From contig NZ_JAQZZL010000001.1 in NCBI RefSeq assembly GCF_028745505.1, positions 1,421,818-1,485,817 on the forward strand: 64,000 bases of DNA, given 5' to 3'. How positions within the stretch are numbered: position 1 is the stretch's first letter; every line of letters begins with the position of its first letter. Below, one piece after another: positions 17,203 through 25,963 of this stretch. The position numbers were made by a program, and so were the translations under genes. A model generated the notes under the pieces. It saw only the letters and a program-made list of their open reading frames with translations. It had not been told where the DNA came from and did no database searches. This stretch comes from Lentisphaera marina (GTDB lineage Bacteria; Verrucomicrobiota; Lentisphaeria; Lentisphaerales; Lentisphaeraceae).

Positions 17203-18720
17203 TTAGGCTGCTACGTCGTCGTTAAAACTCACGAGTTTTTGGAAGACTGACATGATGCGGTCGAGCACGGCTCCAATGAGGCCAATGATAAAGATACATA
17301 CGATAATATTAGCGAGAGACTCAACTTTATTGTTTTGGTATTCTTGGTCAATAAACCAACCGAGTCCGCGTGAAGTTGCCATCATTTCTGCAACAATGAG
17401 TACCATCCAGCCCACACCGAGTGTAATGCGAAGTCCTGTGAAGATGTAAGGGATTGCAGATGGGATGACAATTTTGAAAATGCGATCAAACCAGTTGAGC
17501 TTAAGAACTTTTGCTACGTTCATGTGATCTGGATCCACAGAGCTTACACCAAGTGCAGTGTTAGAGAGTGTCGCCCACATAGAGCAGAGCGCTACCGTGA
17601 TACCAGCGTGAAGGAAGGTGTTCTTTAAAATTTCTCCAGTTAGAGCATTGTCACCCACAAAAATACCGTCGATAATTTGGATTGTGATTAATACCCAAGC
17701 AAGAGGGGAAACAGGACGGAAAGTTTGGATCAGTGGGTTTAAAGCAGTCATGATAGAAGGACTCAGCCCACATAGGATACCCATGGGGATAGCAATACCT
17801 GCGGCTAGACAGAAGCCAAAGATTACAGTCGTGATACTGAGCTTAATATAGTCAACAATACTACCATTAGAGTTGTATTCCTTTCCTTTGAAAATTTGCT
17901 TTTCAAAAGCGTCGAGTTTCTTCTTGTTAGAGATGATTTTCTTCTCGAGTTCATCTTTATTGAGTGCGGCTTGGTAGGCGATGTCCTGTTGGTAGTAGGT
18001 ATCAATTTTTTCGATTTTCTTAATCAGGCTTTTTGCCGTGTTTTCACTGCTTTTGTAAATGCGAACCAAGTTGCCTTCGAATACAGCTACGCGACGGTTA
18101 TTTATATTAGCTAGTTTAGATAGACTTTCATCAGAGAGTTTAGGTTTTCCATCAGGGCCTAAAACAGCTTTGTTATTTTCGTCAAAGACAAATTTTTTGA
18201 GAGAGTTTAGCTGAGTTGTCATAGCTGTGACTTGCGCTTTTTTATCCGCTTCAGCTTTGTCTACTATTGCCTGATTAACCTTGATCTCGTTTTCGAGTTG
18301 ACTTAAGTGTTTAAGTATTACGGCCTTAATAGAGTTGATTTTAGAAGTTAAACTCTTTTTTGTTTCTAAAGAAGTCGTTTTTTGTCTTTGCTCAATGAGT
18401 TCAGCGACACTGATTCGCAATTCTTCGTTAGTTTTAAATTCTTCTTTATTAAATTTTTCGCTCTTGTGGGTGGCCCACATAGCTTTGGCCTGACTTAATA
18501 CGTATGAGGGTCCAGGAAGTTGGCCAACAGATGTTTTGATTTTTGTTGAGCAGTAGCTCCAAATCATAAAAAAGCTTACCATTGCGGCAAGGGGTAGGGC
18601 TATTTGACGAGAAAGATCGCCGATTTGTTCTTTTGGGTCGTCCCCCGTGCATAGTCGCACAATAGGGATGAACCATGTAAGTCCAGTTAATTCGAAAAAG
18701 TTAATGAGCTTTTGTTTCAT
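17203..18720 (-). CDS. NrtB/CmpB-like ABC permease with a ~250-aa coiled-coil insertion between TM1 and TM2
   Basis: N-terminal TM1 and C-terminal permease core with the EAA-like region (AIPYIFTGLRITLGVGWMVLIVAEMMATSRGLGW) are split by a long K/E-rich predicted coiled coil. Confidence 0.65.
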   Translation of the reverse strand: MKQKLINFFELTGLTWFIPIVRLCTGDDPKEQIGDLSRQIALPLAAMVSFFMIWSYCSTKIKTSVGQLPGPSYVLSQAKAMWATHKSEKFNKEEFKTNEELRISVAELIEQRQKTTSLETKKSLTSKINSIKAVILKHLSQLENEIKVNQAIVDKAEADKKAQVTAMTTQLNSLKKFVFDENNKAVLGPDGKPKLSDESLSKLANINNRRVAVFEGNLVRIYKSSENTAKSLIKKIEKIDTYYQQDIAYQAALNKDELEKKIISNKKKLDAFEKQIFKGKEYNSNGSIVDYIKLSITTVIFGFCLAAGIAIPMGILCGLSPSIMTALNPLIQTFRPVSPLAWVLITIQIIDGIFVGDNALTGEILKNTFLHAGITVALCSMWATLSNTALGVSSVDPDHMNVAKVLKLNWFDRIFKIVIPSAIPYIFTGLRITLGVGWMVLIVAEMMATSRGLGWFIDQEYQNNKVESLANIIVCIFIIGLIGAVLDRIMSVFQKLVSFNDDVAA

Positions 18721-18785
18721 AGTGATTTATTCCTGCAAGTTTCCGCTTAGTGTGTCCCTCCCGCAGGAGGGACTGGTTTTATTAT

Positions 18786-20150
18786 TTAAGGTGCTTTGAT
18801 TTCGAAACTATCGATGTAGTCGTTGGGTTTAGTGCCATCATAGGCTTTGCCGTCAATGAAAATGTCTTCTGCAGTTACAGGTTTGAAACCAGTTTCGTCA
18901 TCTCCAGGAATTTCGCTTTCTTCAATATTGCCTTCTTCAACGAGGAGCTTGGCCGCTTCCATGTAGAGGTCTGGTTTGTAGATTTTTTCAGCTGTCTTCT
19001 TGTACCATTCGTCAGATTGATCTTCTTTGAGCTGCCCCCATCTGCGCATTTGAGTGAGGAACCAAACACAATCAGAGTAGAAGGGGTAAGTGGCGTTATA
19101 TCGGAAGAATACGTTAAAGTCAGGCATTTCTCTGCGATCACCGCGTTCGTAAACAAAAGAACCAGTCATTGAGTTACGAAGAATTTTAGCTTCTGCACCT
19201 ACATAGTGTGATCTAGAAAGGATTTGAACAGCTTCTTCACGATTTTCCATAGAAGCATCTAACCATTTACCAGCACGAATGAGCGCTTTCAGAACTGCAG
19301 TGTGAGTTTTTGGGTGTTTTTTAGCCCATTCTTCAGTGACACCAAATACTTTTTCAGGATTGTTTTTCCAGATTTCATAGTTAGTTACGACAGGTACACC
19401 GAGTTGCTTACCATCTTTTTCAGCAAATACAGCTTTCTGGTTCCATGGTTCACCTACGCAGTAACCGAGGATGGCGCGACTGTTGAGGTAAGAAGGCATG
19501 AGTGGTGGCGCATTAGGAGAAATAATAACTTCTGCATCGGTATGGCCTTTAGAATCAGATTCAGTATAGAAGCCTGGGTGAATTCCTGCAGCCGCTAGCC
19601 AATAACGCAGTTCATAGTTGTGAGTAGATACGGGGAATACCATGCCCATGTTGAAAGGTCCATCCCATTCTTCAAGAACTGGCTTGAGGGCATCGGCTTT
19701 AATAGGGTGAATTGGCTTGCCATCGGCATCCTTGGGAACGTGCTCTTTCATTTGTTCCCACACATCAGTTGCCATTGTGATACCATTACCATTCAGGTCC
19801 ATGCTGAAAGCTGTAATAACATTAGCTTTTTGGCTTACACCTACTGTAGCACCAATAGGTTGACCAGCGAGCATGTGAGCGCCATCCAAAGCGCCTTTAA
19901 TAACGTTGTCCAAAAGAATAACCCAGTTTTTTTGAGCCGTTAATTTTACATTGAGGCCTTCTGCTTCAAAGAAGCCTTTCTCTTTAGCAATAACAAGTGA
20001 AGCACAGTCAGTGAGCTTAATGAAGCCAAAGTGAAGGTTAGTTTTTTCAACATCCAAAGGGATGGTGTTTTCGTCGACGCTCTCCGCCATTGTAGGGATG
20101 GTGCAAAATAGGAAAAAGCTTAAAAAGGCTTTTCTGATTTTATGTTTCAT
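18786..20150 (-). CDS. NrtA/CmpA-like periplasmic substrate-binding protein of a nitrate/bicarbonate ABC transporter
   Basis: 454 aa (size of NrtA/CmpA, not TauA/SsuA); signal peptide; first gene of the four-gene ABC operon. Confidence 0.7.
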   Translation of the reverse strand: MKHKIRKAFLSFFLFCTIPTMAESVDENTIPLDVEKTNLHFGFIKLTDCASLVIAKEKGFFEAEGLNVKLTAQKNWVILLDNVIKGALDGAHMLAGQPIGATVGVSQKANVITAFSMDLNGNGITMATDVWEQMKEHVPKDADGKPIHPIKADALKPVLEEWDGPFNMGMVFPVSTHNYELRYWLAAAGIHPGFYTESDSKGHTDAEVIISPNAPPLMPSYLNSRAILGYCVGEPWNQKAVFAEKDGKQLGVPVVTNYEIWKNNPEKVFGVTEEWAKKHPKTHTAVLKALIRAGKWLDASMENREEAVQILSRSHYVGAEAKILRNSMTGSFVYERGDRREMPDFNVFFRYNATYPFYSDCVWFLTQMRRWGQLKEDQSDEWYKKTAEKIYKPDLYMEAAKLLVEEGNIEESEIPGDDETGFKPVTAEDIFIDGKAYDGTKPNDYIDSFEIKAP

Positions 20151-20434
20151 TCTTTATTCTCTCTTTTTACGATTATGTAATTAATAGTTAATTACTTACT
20201 ATTTTGTAACTAAGCATAAACTATTAACCTATTTTTGAAATTCAAGTTAAGATCCAGAGGAAAGTCATAAAAATAAAAAATATTTATCTAAATCATTGTA
20301 TTTGAATAATTTATAAAATAATATATGGGAGTCTAGCTTGTTTTTAACCTTATTATTATAGTCAAGTATAATTATCGGAGGCTAAATAACTTACAAAAAT
20401 AAAAGCTCAGCTTTGTGTGATTCGGACACAAAAA

Positions 20435-20470
20435 AACCTCATGTAAGGCGTAGCTTAAATGAGGTTTTTT
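20435..20470 (-). terminator. Rho-independent terminator downstream of pspF
   Basis: Stem ACCTCAT...ATGAGGT flanked by A7 / T6 runs (bidirectional potential). Confidence 0.6.
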
Positions 20471-20488
20471 AGGTGAGTTCTATTTGAA

Positions 20489-21427
20489 TTAGGGGCAGTA
20501 CTTTTGGTAGAAGTGACGGAATTGGTTGTAGGTCATTTGTAACTGTCGTGCTGCCTCGCTCTGATTGCCTGCGCAATCTTCGTAGGCTTTTAAAATTAGT
20601 TTGCGTTTAAAGTTCTCTACTCGTTCGTCATAGCTTAAACCCAAGTAATCAGCACCCGAAATAATAGCGGGGAGTTCATGTTCTTCTATATATGGCGTAT
20701 CACCAAAGAGGTAGAGTCGTTCAACAATATTTTTGAGCTCTCGAATATTACCTGGCCAATAATAGTCCATGAGAATCTCTATTGTATTACTACGGAATTT
20801 ACGTTCCTGCAAAGAAGGCATTTCTTCGTGAAGTAATTTTACGAAATGAACAATGAGCGCCGGAATATCATCCTTTCTTTGACGTAGAGAAGGGAGTTCG
20901 ATTTCAGCAAAAGTGAGACGGTCATATAAGTCGCGACGAAAAAGCTTTTCCTCCATGAGTTCTTCGAGATTTGCGTTTGTCGCAGAAATGAGGCGAACGT
21001 CAACTTGGATGGCTTTGGAGCTACCGACACGTTCAAAAGTTTGGTACTCAACCGCACGTAAGATTTGTTCTTGGAAATTCATCGGCATAATACCGACCTC
21101 ATCCATAAAGAGACTTCCTTTATCAGCCTGCTCCATACGACCAATTCGTCTTTCATTCGCTCCCGTGAAAGCGCCTTTTTCATGACCAAACATTTCCGAA
21201 GCAATAAGCTTTTCGGTAAAAGCTGCACAGTTTATGGTGACAAAATTTTCTTGAGCACGTGAACTAGCGCGGTGAATATAATTCGCCATCAGTTCTTTAC
21301 CTGTTCCCCGTTCACCTCTAATTAAAATAGGGCGAGGGACCTTAGCGATTTTTGCGACTTTCGCAAGTAATTTTTGCATCACTTTTGATTGTGCGATTCC
21401 AGTATATTCCATAATTGTAGCTCCCAT
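20489..21427 (-). CDS. pspF: Sigma-54-dependent transcriptional activator lacking an N-terminal receiver/sensor domain (PspF-like)
   Basis: AAA+ sigma-54 interaction domain with GERGTGKE Walker A, GAFTGA motif, WPGNIRELKN, C-terminal HTH; about 312 aa with no regulatory domain; divergent from pspA as in the enterobacterial psp locus. Confidence 0.8.
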   Translation of the reverse strand: MGATIMEYTGIAQSKVMQKLLAKVAKIAKVPRPILIRGERGTGKELMANYIHRASSRAQENFVTINCAAFTEKLIASEMFGHEKGAFTGANERRIGRMEQADKGSLFMDEVGIMPMNFQEQILRAVEYQTFERVGSSKAIQVDVRLISATNANLEELMEEKLFRRDLYDRLTFAEIELPSLRQRKDDIPALIVHFVKLLHEEMPSLQERKFRSNTIEILMDYYWPGNIRELKNIVERLYLFGDTPYIEEHELPAIISGADYLGLSYDERVENFKRKLILKAYEDCAGNQSEAARQLQMTYNQFRHFYQKYCP

Positions 21428-21603
21428 TAATCTCTTTATGGCTATACAAATAGAGCCGATTTACAGACTTTCAAGAATGTGGGGTTTTTCAATAAGTCAT
21501 CTATTGAGAAACCATAATTTATTTGCGCTTGATTAATTATTCAAAATAAATTAATTAATGTAAGTGTTTATTTATAAATATTTTATGTATTTTGATTGGT
21601 GGT

Positions 21604-21619
21604 TTGGCACGGGTTTCGT
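21604..21619 (+). promoter_or_regulatory. Candidate sigma-54 (-24/-12) promoter for the pspA operon
   Basis: TTGGCACGGGTTTCGT: good -24 element (TGGCACG), degenerate -12 element (TTCG rather than TTGC); lies about 45 bp upstream of pspA ATG, divergent from a PspF-type activator gene. Confidence 0.4.
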
Positions 21620-21662
21620 TCTATGTTCACCATCTCAACAAAAATAAACGAGGAAACAAAAA

Positions 21663-22361
21663 ATGAATATCTTCAAAAGAGTAAGCAATATTATTAGTAG
21701 CAAGATTGATGACTTAATCGCTGGTTATGAAGATCCTGAAATGGCATTGGATTCTCTTATTCAAGATATGGAGAAGGGGATAGCTGAACTAAGAACTAAT
21801 GCCGCTAGTTGCATCAGTCAGAAAAAAATGACTGAGAAAAAATTAGCAAGCGCCGAAGCTGAAGTGAAGAAATGGCAGAACAATGCCATTGCTGCTTTAG
21901 AGAAAAGTAATGAGGACTTAGCTCGCAAGGCTTTGGAGCGTAAGAAAAGTTCTGAAGAAGAGCGTTTGGCATTAACGGCTCAATTAGCTGAAGAAACAGC
22001 ACTTGTTGATAAGATTAAGACCCAACTTCATCAAGTTGAAGATAAGATTCAAGAAGCTCGCAAGAAGCGCGATACGCTCATAATTAAAAAGCGTGCCGCA
22101 GATGCTCGTAAGAAAATGGCTGAAACTTCTCAAGCGCTTGATACGGGTATTAGCTCGAGTACAGATTCAGTATTGAATGGCTTCGCGGAATTCAATAAGT
22201 ACGAAGAGAAAATTGAGCGCGATGTCGCTATGTCTGAGGCGATGATGGAAGTCAATAAAGTTTCTGTCGATGACTTAGAAGAGCAATTCAAAGAATTACA
22301 GGCAGATGATGAAATCTCTGCTGAGCTTGAAGCACTAAAAGCTCAAGTTAAGAAGAAGTAA
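21663..22361 (+). CDS. pspA: Phage shock protein A (PspA/IM30/Vipp1, ESCRT-III superfamily)
   Basis: Collinear with E. coli PspA over its full length (e.g. NEDLARKALERK vs REDLARAALIEK; FKELQADDEISAELEALKAQV vs [21 protein letters not shown]); SD GAGGA 9 nt upstream. Confidence 0.85.
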   Translation: MNIFKRVSNIISSKIDDLIAGYEDPEMALDSLIQDMEKGIAELRTNAASCISQKKMTEKKLASAEAEVKKWQNNAIAALEKSNEDLARKALERKKSSEEERLALTAQLAEETALVDKIKTQLHQVEDKIQEARKKRDTLIIKKRAADARKKMAETSQALDTGISSSTDSVLNGFAEFNKYEEKIERDVAMSEAMMEVNKVSVDDLEEQFKELQADDEISAELEALKAQVKKK

Positions 22362-22374
22362 GTTCAGAGAAGGT

Positions 22375-22818
22375 ATGAATCCACAGATTTCTCAGATTTT
22401 CACAGAGCTGAGAATGATGTGGTTTGATGAAGGAGAAGGGGTGAATTATTCAAAACAGGATGATCCAGAAACTTATGAAGTGATTGGAGCAGCTTATAAA
22501 GTGCATGGAGAGTTAGGTCATGGTTTTTTAGAGGCCGTTTATCAAGATGCTTTAGAGGTGGAGTTATTAAAACAAGAGATTCCGTATCAAAGGGAATTGA
22601 AGTTGGATATTTATTATTCAGGAGAAAAGTTAAATTCTTTTTACAAAGCGGACTTTATTTGTTATGGAACTTTGCTAGTAGAATTGAAGGCATTAACGAA
22701 GTTGAGTGGAGCCGAAGAATCTCAAGTTTTAAATTATCTAAAAGCTACTGGTCTTAAAAAAGCTCTATTAATCAACTTTGGATCAAGCTCAATCCAAATA
22801 AAACGTTTTGTTCTGTGA
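22375..22818 (+). CDS. GxxExxY family protein (PD-(D/E)xK-like fold)
   Basis: Core ETYEVIGAAYKVHGELGHGFLEAVYQDALEVEL matches the GxxExxY signature; gene starts 13 bp after the pspA stop. Confidence 0.65.
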   Translation: MNPQISQIFTELRMMWFDEGEGVNYSKQDDPETYEVIGAAYKVHGELGHGFLEAVYQDALEVELLKQEIPYQRELKLDIYYSGEKLNSFYKADFICYGTLLVELKALTKLSGAEESQVLNYLKATGLKKALLINFGSSSIQIKRFVL

Positions 22819-23021
22819 GAATCTGAGGAATCTGTGGATGAATTTTAAAAAATTCTTGCGAGGGACAAAAACAAGACACTTTAGCAAAATTAGTCATCCA
22901 CCAAGATAAAGTTGCAGGTTTTTGGCTGCAGTGACAGGAATCTTGAAACATGTTCAAAAACTCAGTGTTGATTTAGATCGAGAACAAGTCATAGTTAATT
23001 ATTATTTATTAGGAGTGAGTA

Positions 23022-23657
23022 ATGTCTGAAATATTAGATTATGCCATGCGGCTACATATCTTTCCATTTAGTGCTTTGTTGGTGCTAATGATACTGTTTT
23101 GGTTAACAGTCATTATTGGAGCTGCCGATGTGTCTCTCTTTGACTTTGATTTGGACGTCGATGTAGATGCTGACCTTGATATAGATGCGAGCTCCGAATC
23201 GAGCCCGAGTTTCTTTCGATCACTTGCAGATTTTCTCAATTTGGCTGAGGTCCCCTTTATGGTGGTACTTACTTTCTTTGTGCTCTTTTCATGGGCGGGC
23301 TTAGTCTATGCTGAGTCATTAGTCAATGTGTCAGGCGAGGGCTTTATTCAATGGATCAGTTACGTACCAATTTTATTAGGGGCTTTGATTATCTCAAAAT
23401 ATATTTCATCACCTTTTGGTAAAGTTGTTAAAGTTTTAAACAACAACCCAGAAGACCAGGATACTGCGGTGGGAAACATGGGAGTACTTTTACAAGATGT
23501 GAATGAAGAGCACGGACGTGCAAGTATTGAAACAAAATCCGCACCCATAGAAATTCTTTGTTATACAGAAAATGAAAAAATAAAAAAGGGGGAGAAGGTT
23601 TTAGTTTTAAGCTGGAATGAGGGAAGGCGAAAATTTTTAGTTACAAAATATTCATAA
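23022..23657 (+). CDS. YqiJ-like inner-membrane protein with C-terminal NfeD-type OB-fold
   Basis: N-terminal TM, acidic DxD repeat segment (FDFDLDVDVDADLDIDA), two more TMs, and a C-terminal beta-rich tail like NfeD/YqiJ; directly upstream of a flotillin gene as in E. coli yqiJK. Confidence 0.55.
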   Translation: MSEILDYAMRLHIFPFSALLVLMILFWLTVIIGAADVSLFDFDLDVDVDADLDIDASSESSPSFFRSLADFLNLAEVPFMVVLTFFVLFSWAGLVYAESLVNVSGEGFIQWISYVPILLGALIISKYISSPFGKVVKVLNNNPEDQDTAVGNMGVLLQDVNEEHGRASIETKSAPIEILCYTENEKIKKGEKVLVLSWNEGRRKFLVTKYS

Positions 23658-23682
23658 ATTTATATAAAAGAAAAAAATAGGA

Positions 23683-25821
23683 GTGATTATGGAATCATTA
23701 TTAAACGTATTTGTTGCCGCAGGTAACGTAGTGGGTCTCGTTGTAGTCGGGGTCATATTATTATTATTGGTAGGCTTTTTCTTTATGCTTGCCAGTTGGT
23801 TCAAAAAAGTGCCGCAGGGTAAAGCTATTATTAGAACGGGTCTAGGTAAAACCAAAGTATCATTTACTGGTATTTATATTGTACCAGTCGCTCACAGACT
23901 CGAGCTCATGGATATCGCCGTGAAAAGAATTGAAATAAATCGTCGTGCATCAGATGGTCTGATCTGTAAAGACAATATGCGAGCAGATATTACAGTAGCA
24001 TTTTTCGTACGTGTGAATAAAACAGAGCACGACGTACTTTCTGTAGCGAGTATGATTGGTGTTGAACGTGCATCTGATCAGTCTGCCTTAGTAGAACTTT
24101 TTGATGCCAAATTCTCTGAGGCCTTAAAAACTGCGGGTAAAATGTTCGATTTTGAAGATCTTTACACACAACGCCAGCAATTCAAAGATGAGATTATCCA
24201 GATTATTGGTACTGACCTTAATGGATATAGTCTTGAGGATGCCGCGATTGACTACCTTGAGCAAACGCCAAAAGAGATGCTGAGTTCAGATAATATTCTC
24301 GATGTTGTTGGTCTAGAAAAGATTGCGACTATTACTCGTGAGAAAAAAGTTAATATTAATGAACAAGAACGCGAAGAAGAAAAAGCGATTACTCGTCAGA
24401 ATGTTGATGCACGTGAAAAAATCCTCGACATGGAAAAAGAGTTAGCTGAAGCAGAAGAAAAACAAAAACTCGAAATTGCAAACATCGAAGCGAGAACCAA
24501 AGCCGAAGCTGAAGTCGTTTCTCAGCAGGAACTCAAGCGTTCAGAAGAAGCGCGTATTCGTACGCAAGAAGACGTTCAAGTTGCTGAAGAGAACAAAGAT
24601 CGTCAGATCATTGTCGCTCAGAAAAATAAAGAACGTACTGAAGCAGTTGAACAAGAACGTGTCATTCGTGATCGCGATTTAGAAGCTACAGAGCGTGAGC
24701 GCGTGGTAACTCTTGCGGATATCGCAAAAGAAAAAGCGGTGGAAGTTGAAAAGAAAAATATTCAAGAAGTCATCCGTGAGCGTGTTACTGTAGAACGCAG
24801 TGTTGTGGAAGAAGAAGAGAAAATTAAAGATACCAAAGAATTTGCTGAAGCAGAACGTCACAAAGGCGTTGAAATCACTAAGGCAGAGGAAGAGGGTAAA
24901 AGTACTCTGATTCGTGAAGAACAAATTGCCGCCGCACATAAACGTGCAGCAGAACTCAAGGCCGAAGAAGAAAAAATTGTTGAAGTTACGGCTGCAGAAG
25001 CTCGCAAACGTTCGGCAGAACTTTGGGCTGAACAAGAAGTTATTGAAGCGGAAGCGCGTTTTGAAGCCAGCACGAAAGATGCTGAAGCCAAGAAAAAACT
25101 TGCTGAAGGTGTAACTGCGGAAGAAGCTGCAGTTGGTTATGCAGAAGCGAATGTAAAAACTGCCATGGCAGATGCACTCGAGAAAGAGGGTACTGCAGAG
25201 GCTAAAGTCATTGGTATGAAAGGCTCTGAAGAAGCTAAAGTTATCGGCCTTAAGGGTGAAGAAGAAGCGAAAGCTACTGGCGCGATGTACACTGTAGAAG
25301 CAGAAGGTACACATGCTAAAGCCGAAGCAATGAAAGCCCTTGATGGTGTGGGTAAAGAACACGAAGAGTTCAAACTCCGACTCAATAAAGAGAAAGAAGT
25401 GGAACTCGCGGAAATTCGTATCCAGGCAGAAATTGCCGATGCACAAGCAAGTGTGCTTAAATCAGGTCTCGAAAATAGTAAGATCGAGATTGTCGGTGGC
25501 GAAAGTATGTTCTTTGACAGCATGCTTCAGTCAATCACCAAAGCTCGTCAGACTGATCAGCTCATTGGTAAATCAGAAGTTCTTACAGATGTTAAAGAAA
25601 CTTTCTTCAATGACGATAAGAGCTTTAAAGAAAGCTTAGCTGACTTTGTCGATAAATTTGGTGTGAGTTCTGAGGATCTCAAGAATTTATCTGCAGCAGC
25701 GCTTTTAACTAAGCTTTCAGGTCAGGCTTCAGGCGGAGATAAAAGCCTAATTGATGGCTTGCTCAGTAAAGTTGAAGCACTGGGCTTAGGTAGCCAGAAC
25801 GCTGGCAAGTTCCTTAAATAG
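23683..25821 (+). CDS. Flotillin-like SPFH/Band-7 protein (YqiK-like) with long E/A/K-rich coiled-coil tail
   Basis: N-terminal TM, SPFH core (VPQGKAIIRTGLGK...), then about 300 aa of charged heptad repeats typical of flotillins. Confidence 0.8.
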   Translation: MIMESLLNVFVAAGNVVGLVVVGVILLLLVGFFFMLASWFKKVPQGKAIIRTGLGKTKVSFTGIYIVPVAHRLELMDIAVKRIEINRRASDGLICKDNMRADITVAFFVRVNKTEHDVLSVASMIGVERASDQSALVELFDAKFSEALKTAGKMFDFEDLYTQRQQFKDEIIQIIGTDLNGYSLEDAAIDYLEQTPKEMLSSDNILDVVGLEKIATITREKKVNINEQEREEEKAITRQNVDAREKILDMEKELAEAEEKQKLEIANIEARTKAEAEVVSQQELKRSEEARIRTQEDVQVAEENKDRQIIVAQKNKERTEAVEQERVIRDRDLEATERERVVTLADIAKEKAVEVEKKNIQEVIRERVTVERSVVEEEEKIKDTKEFAEAERHKGVEITKAEEEGKSTLIREEQIAAAHKRAAELKAEEEKIVEVTAAEARKRSAELWAEQEVIEAEARFEASTKDAEAKKKLAEGVTAEEAAVGYAEANVKTAMADALEKEGTAEAKVIGMKGSEEAKVIGLKGEEEAKATGAMYTVEAEGTHAKAEAMKALDGVGKEHEEFKLRLNKEKEVELAEIRIQAEIADAQASVLKSGLENSKIEIVGGESMFFDSMLQSITKARQTDQLIGKSEVLTDVKETFFNDDKSFKESLADFVDKFGVSSEDLKNLSAAALLTKLSGQASGGDKSLIDGLLSKVEALGLGSQNAGKFLK

Positions 25822-25963
25822 AAAGCTTTAGAGGAAGAGTTTAGGCTCTTCCTCAAGCTTCATAACTTGTTCGAATAGCCTCTGATTCGAAAGGATTTGG
25901 ATTAGAGGCATTATTGAATAACAAAGTTAATAAAATTTAGGGATAAATTAGAGAGGAGAGTCT

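Noticed and set aside
24679-25446. 255-aa minus-strand ORF (F/C/S-rich) and several other 60-130 aa ORFs antisense to the flotillin gene
   Set aside because: They lie wholly inside the well-supported flotillin CDS. Their odd composition is the mirror image of the GAA/AAG-rich coiled-coil coding strand, so they are antisense artefacts.
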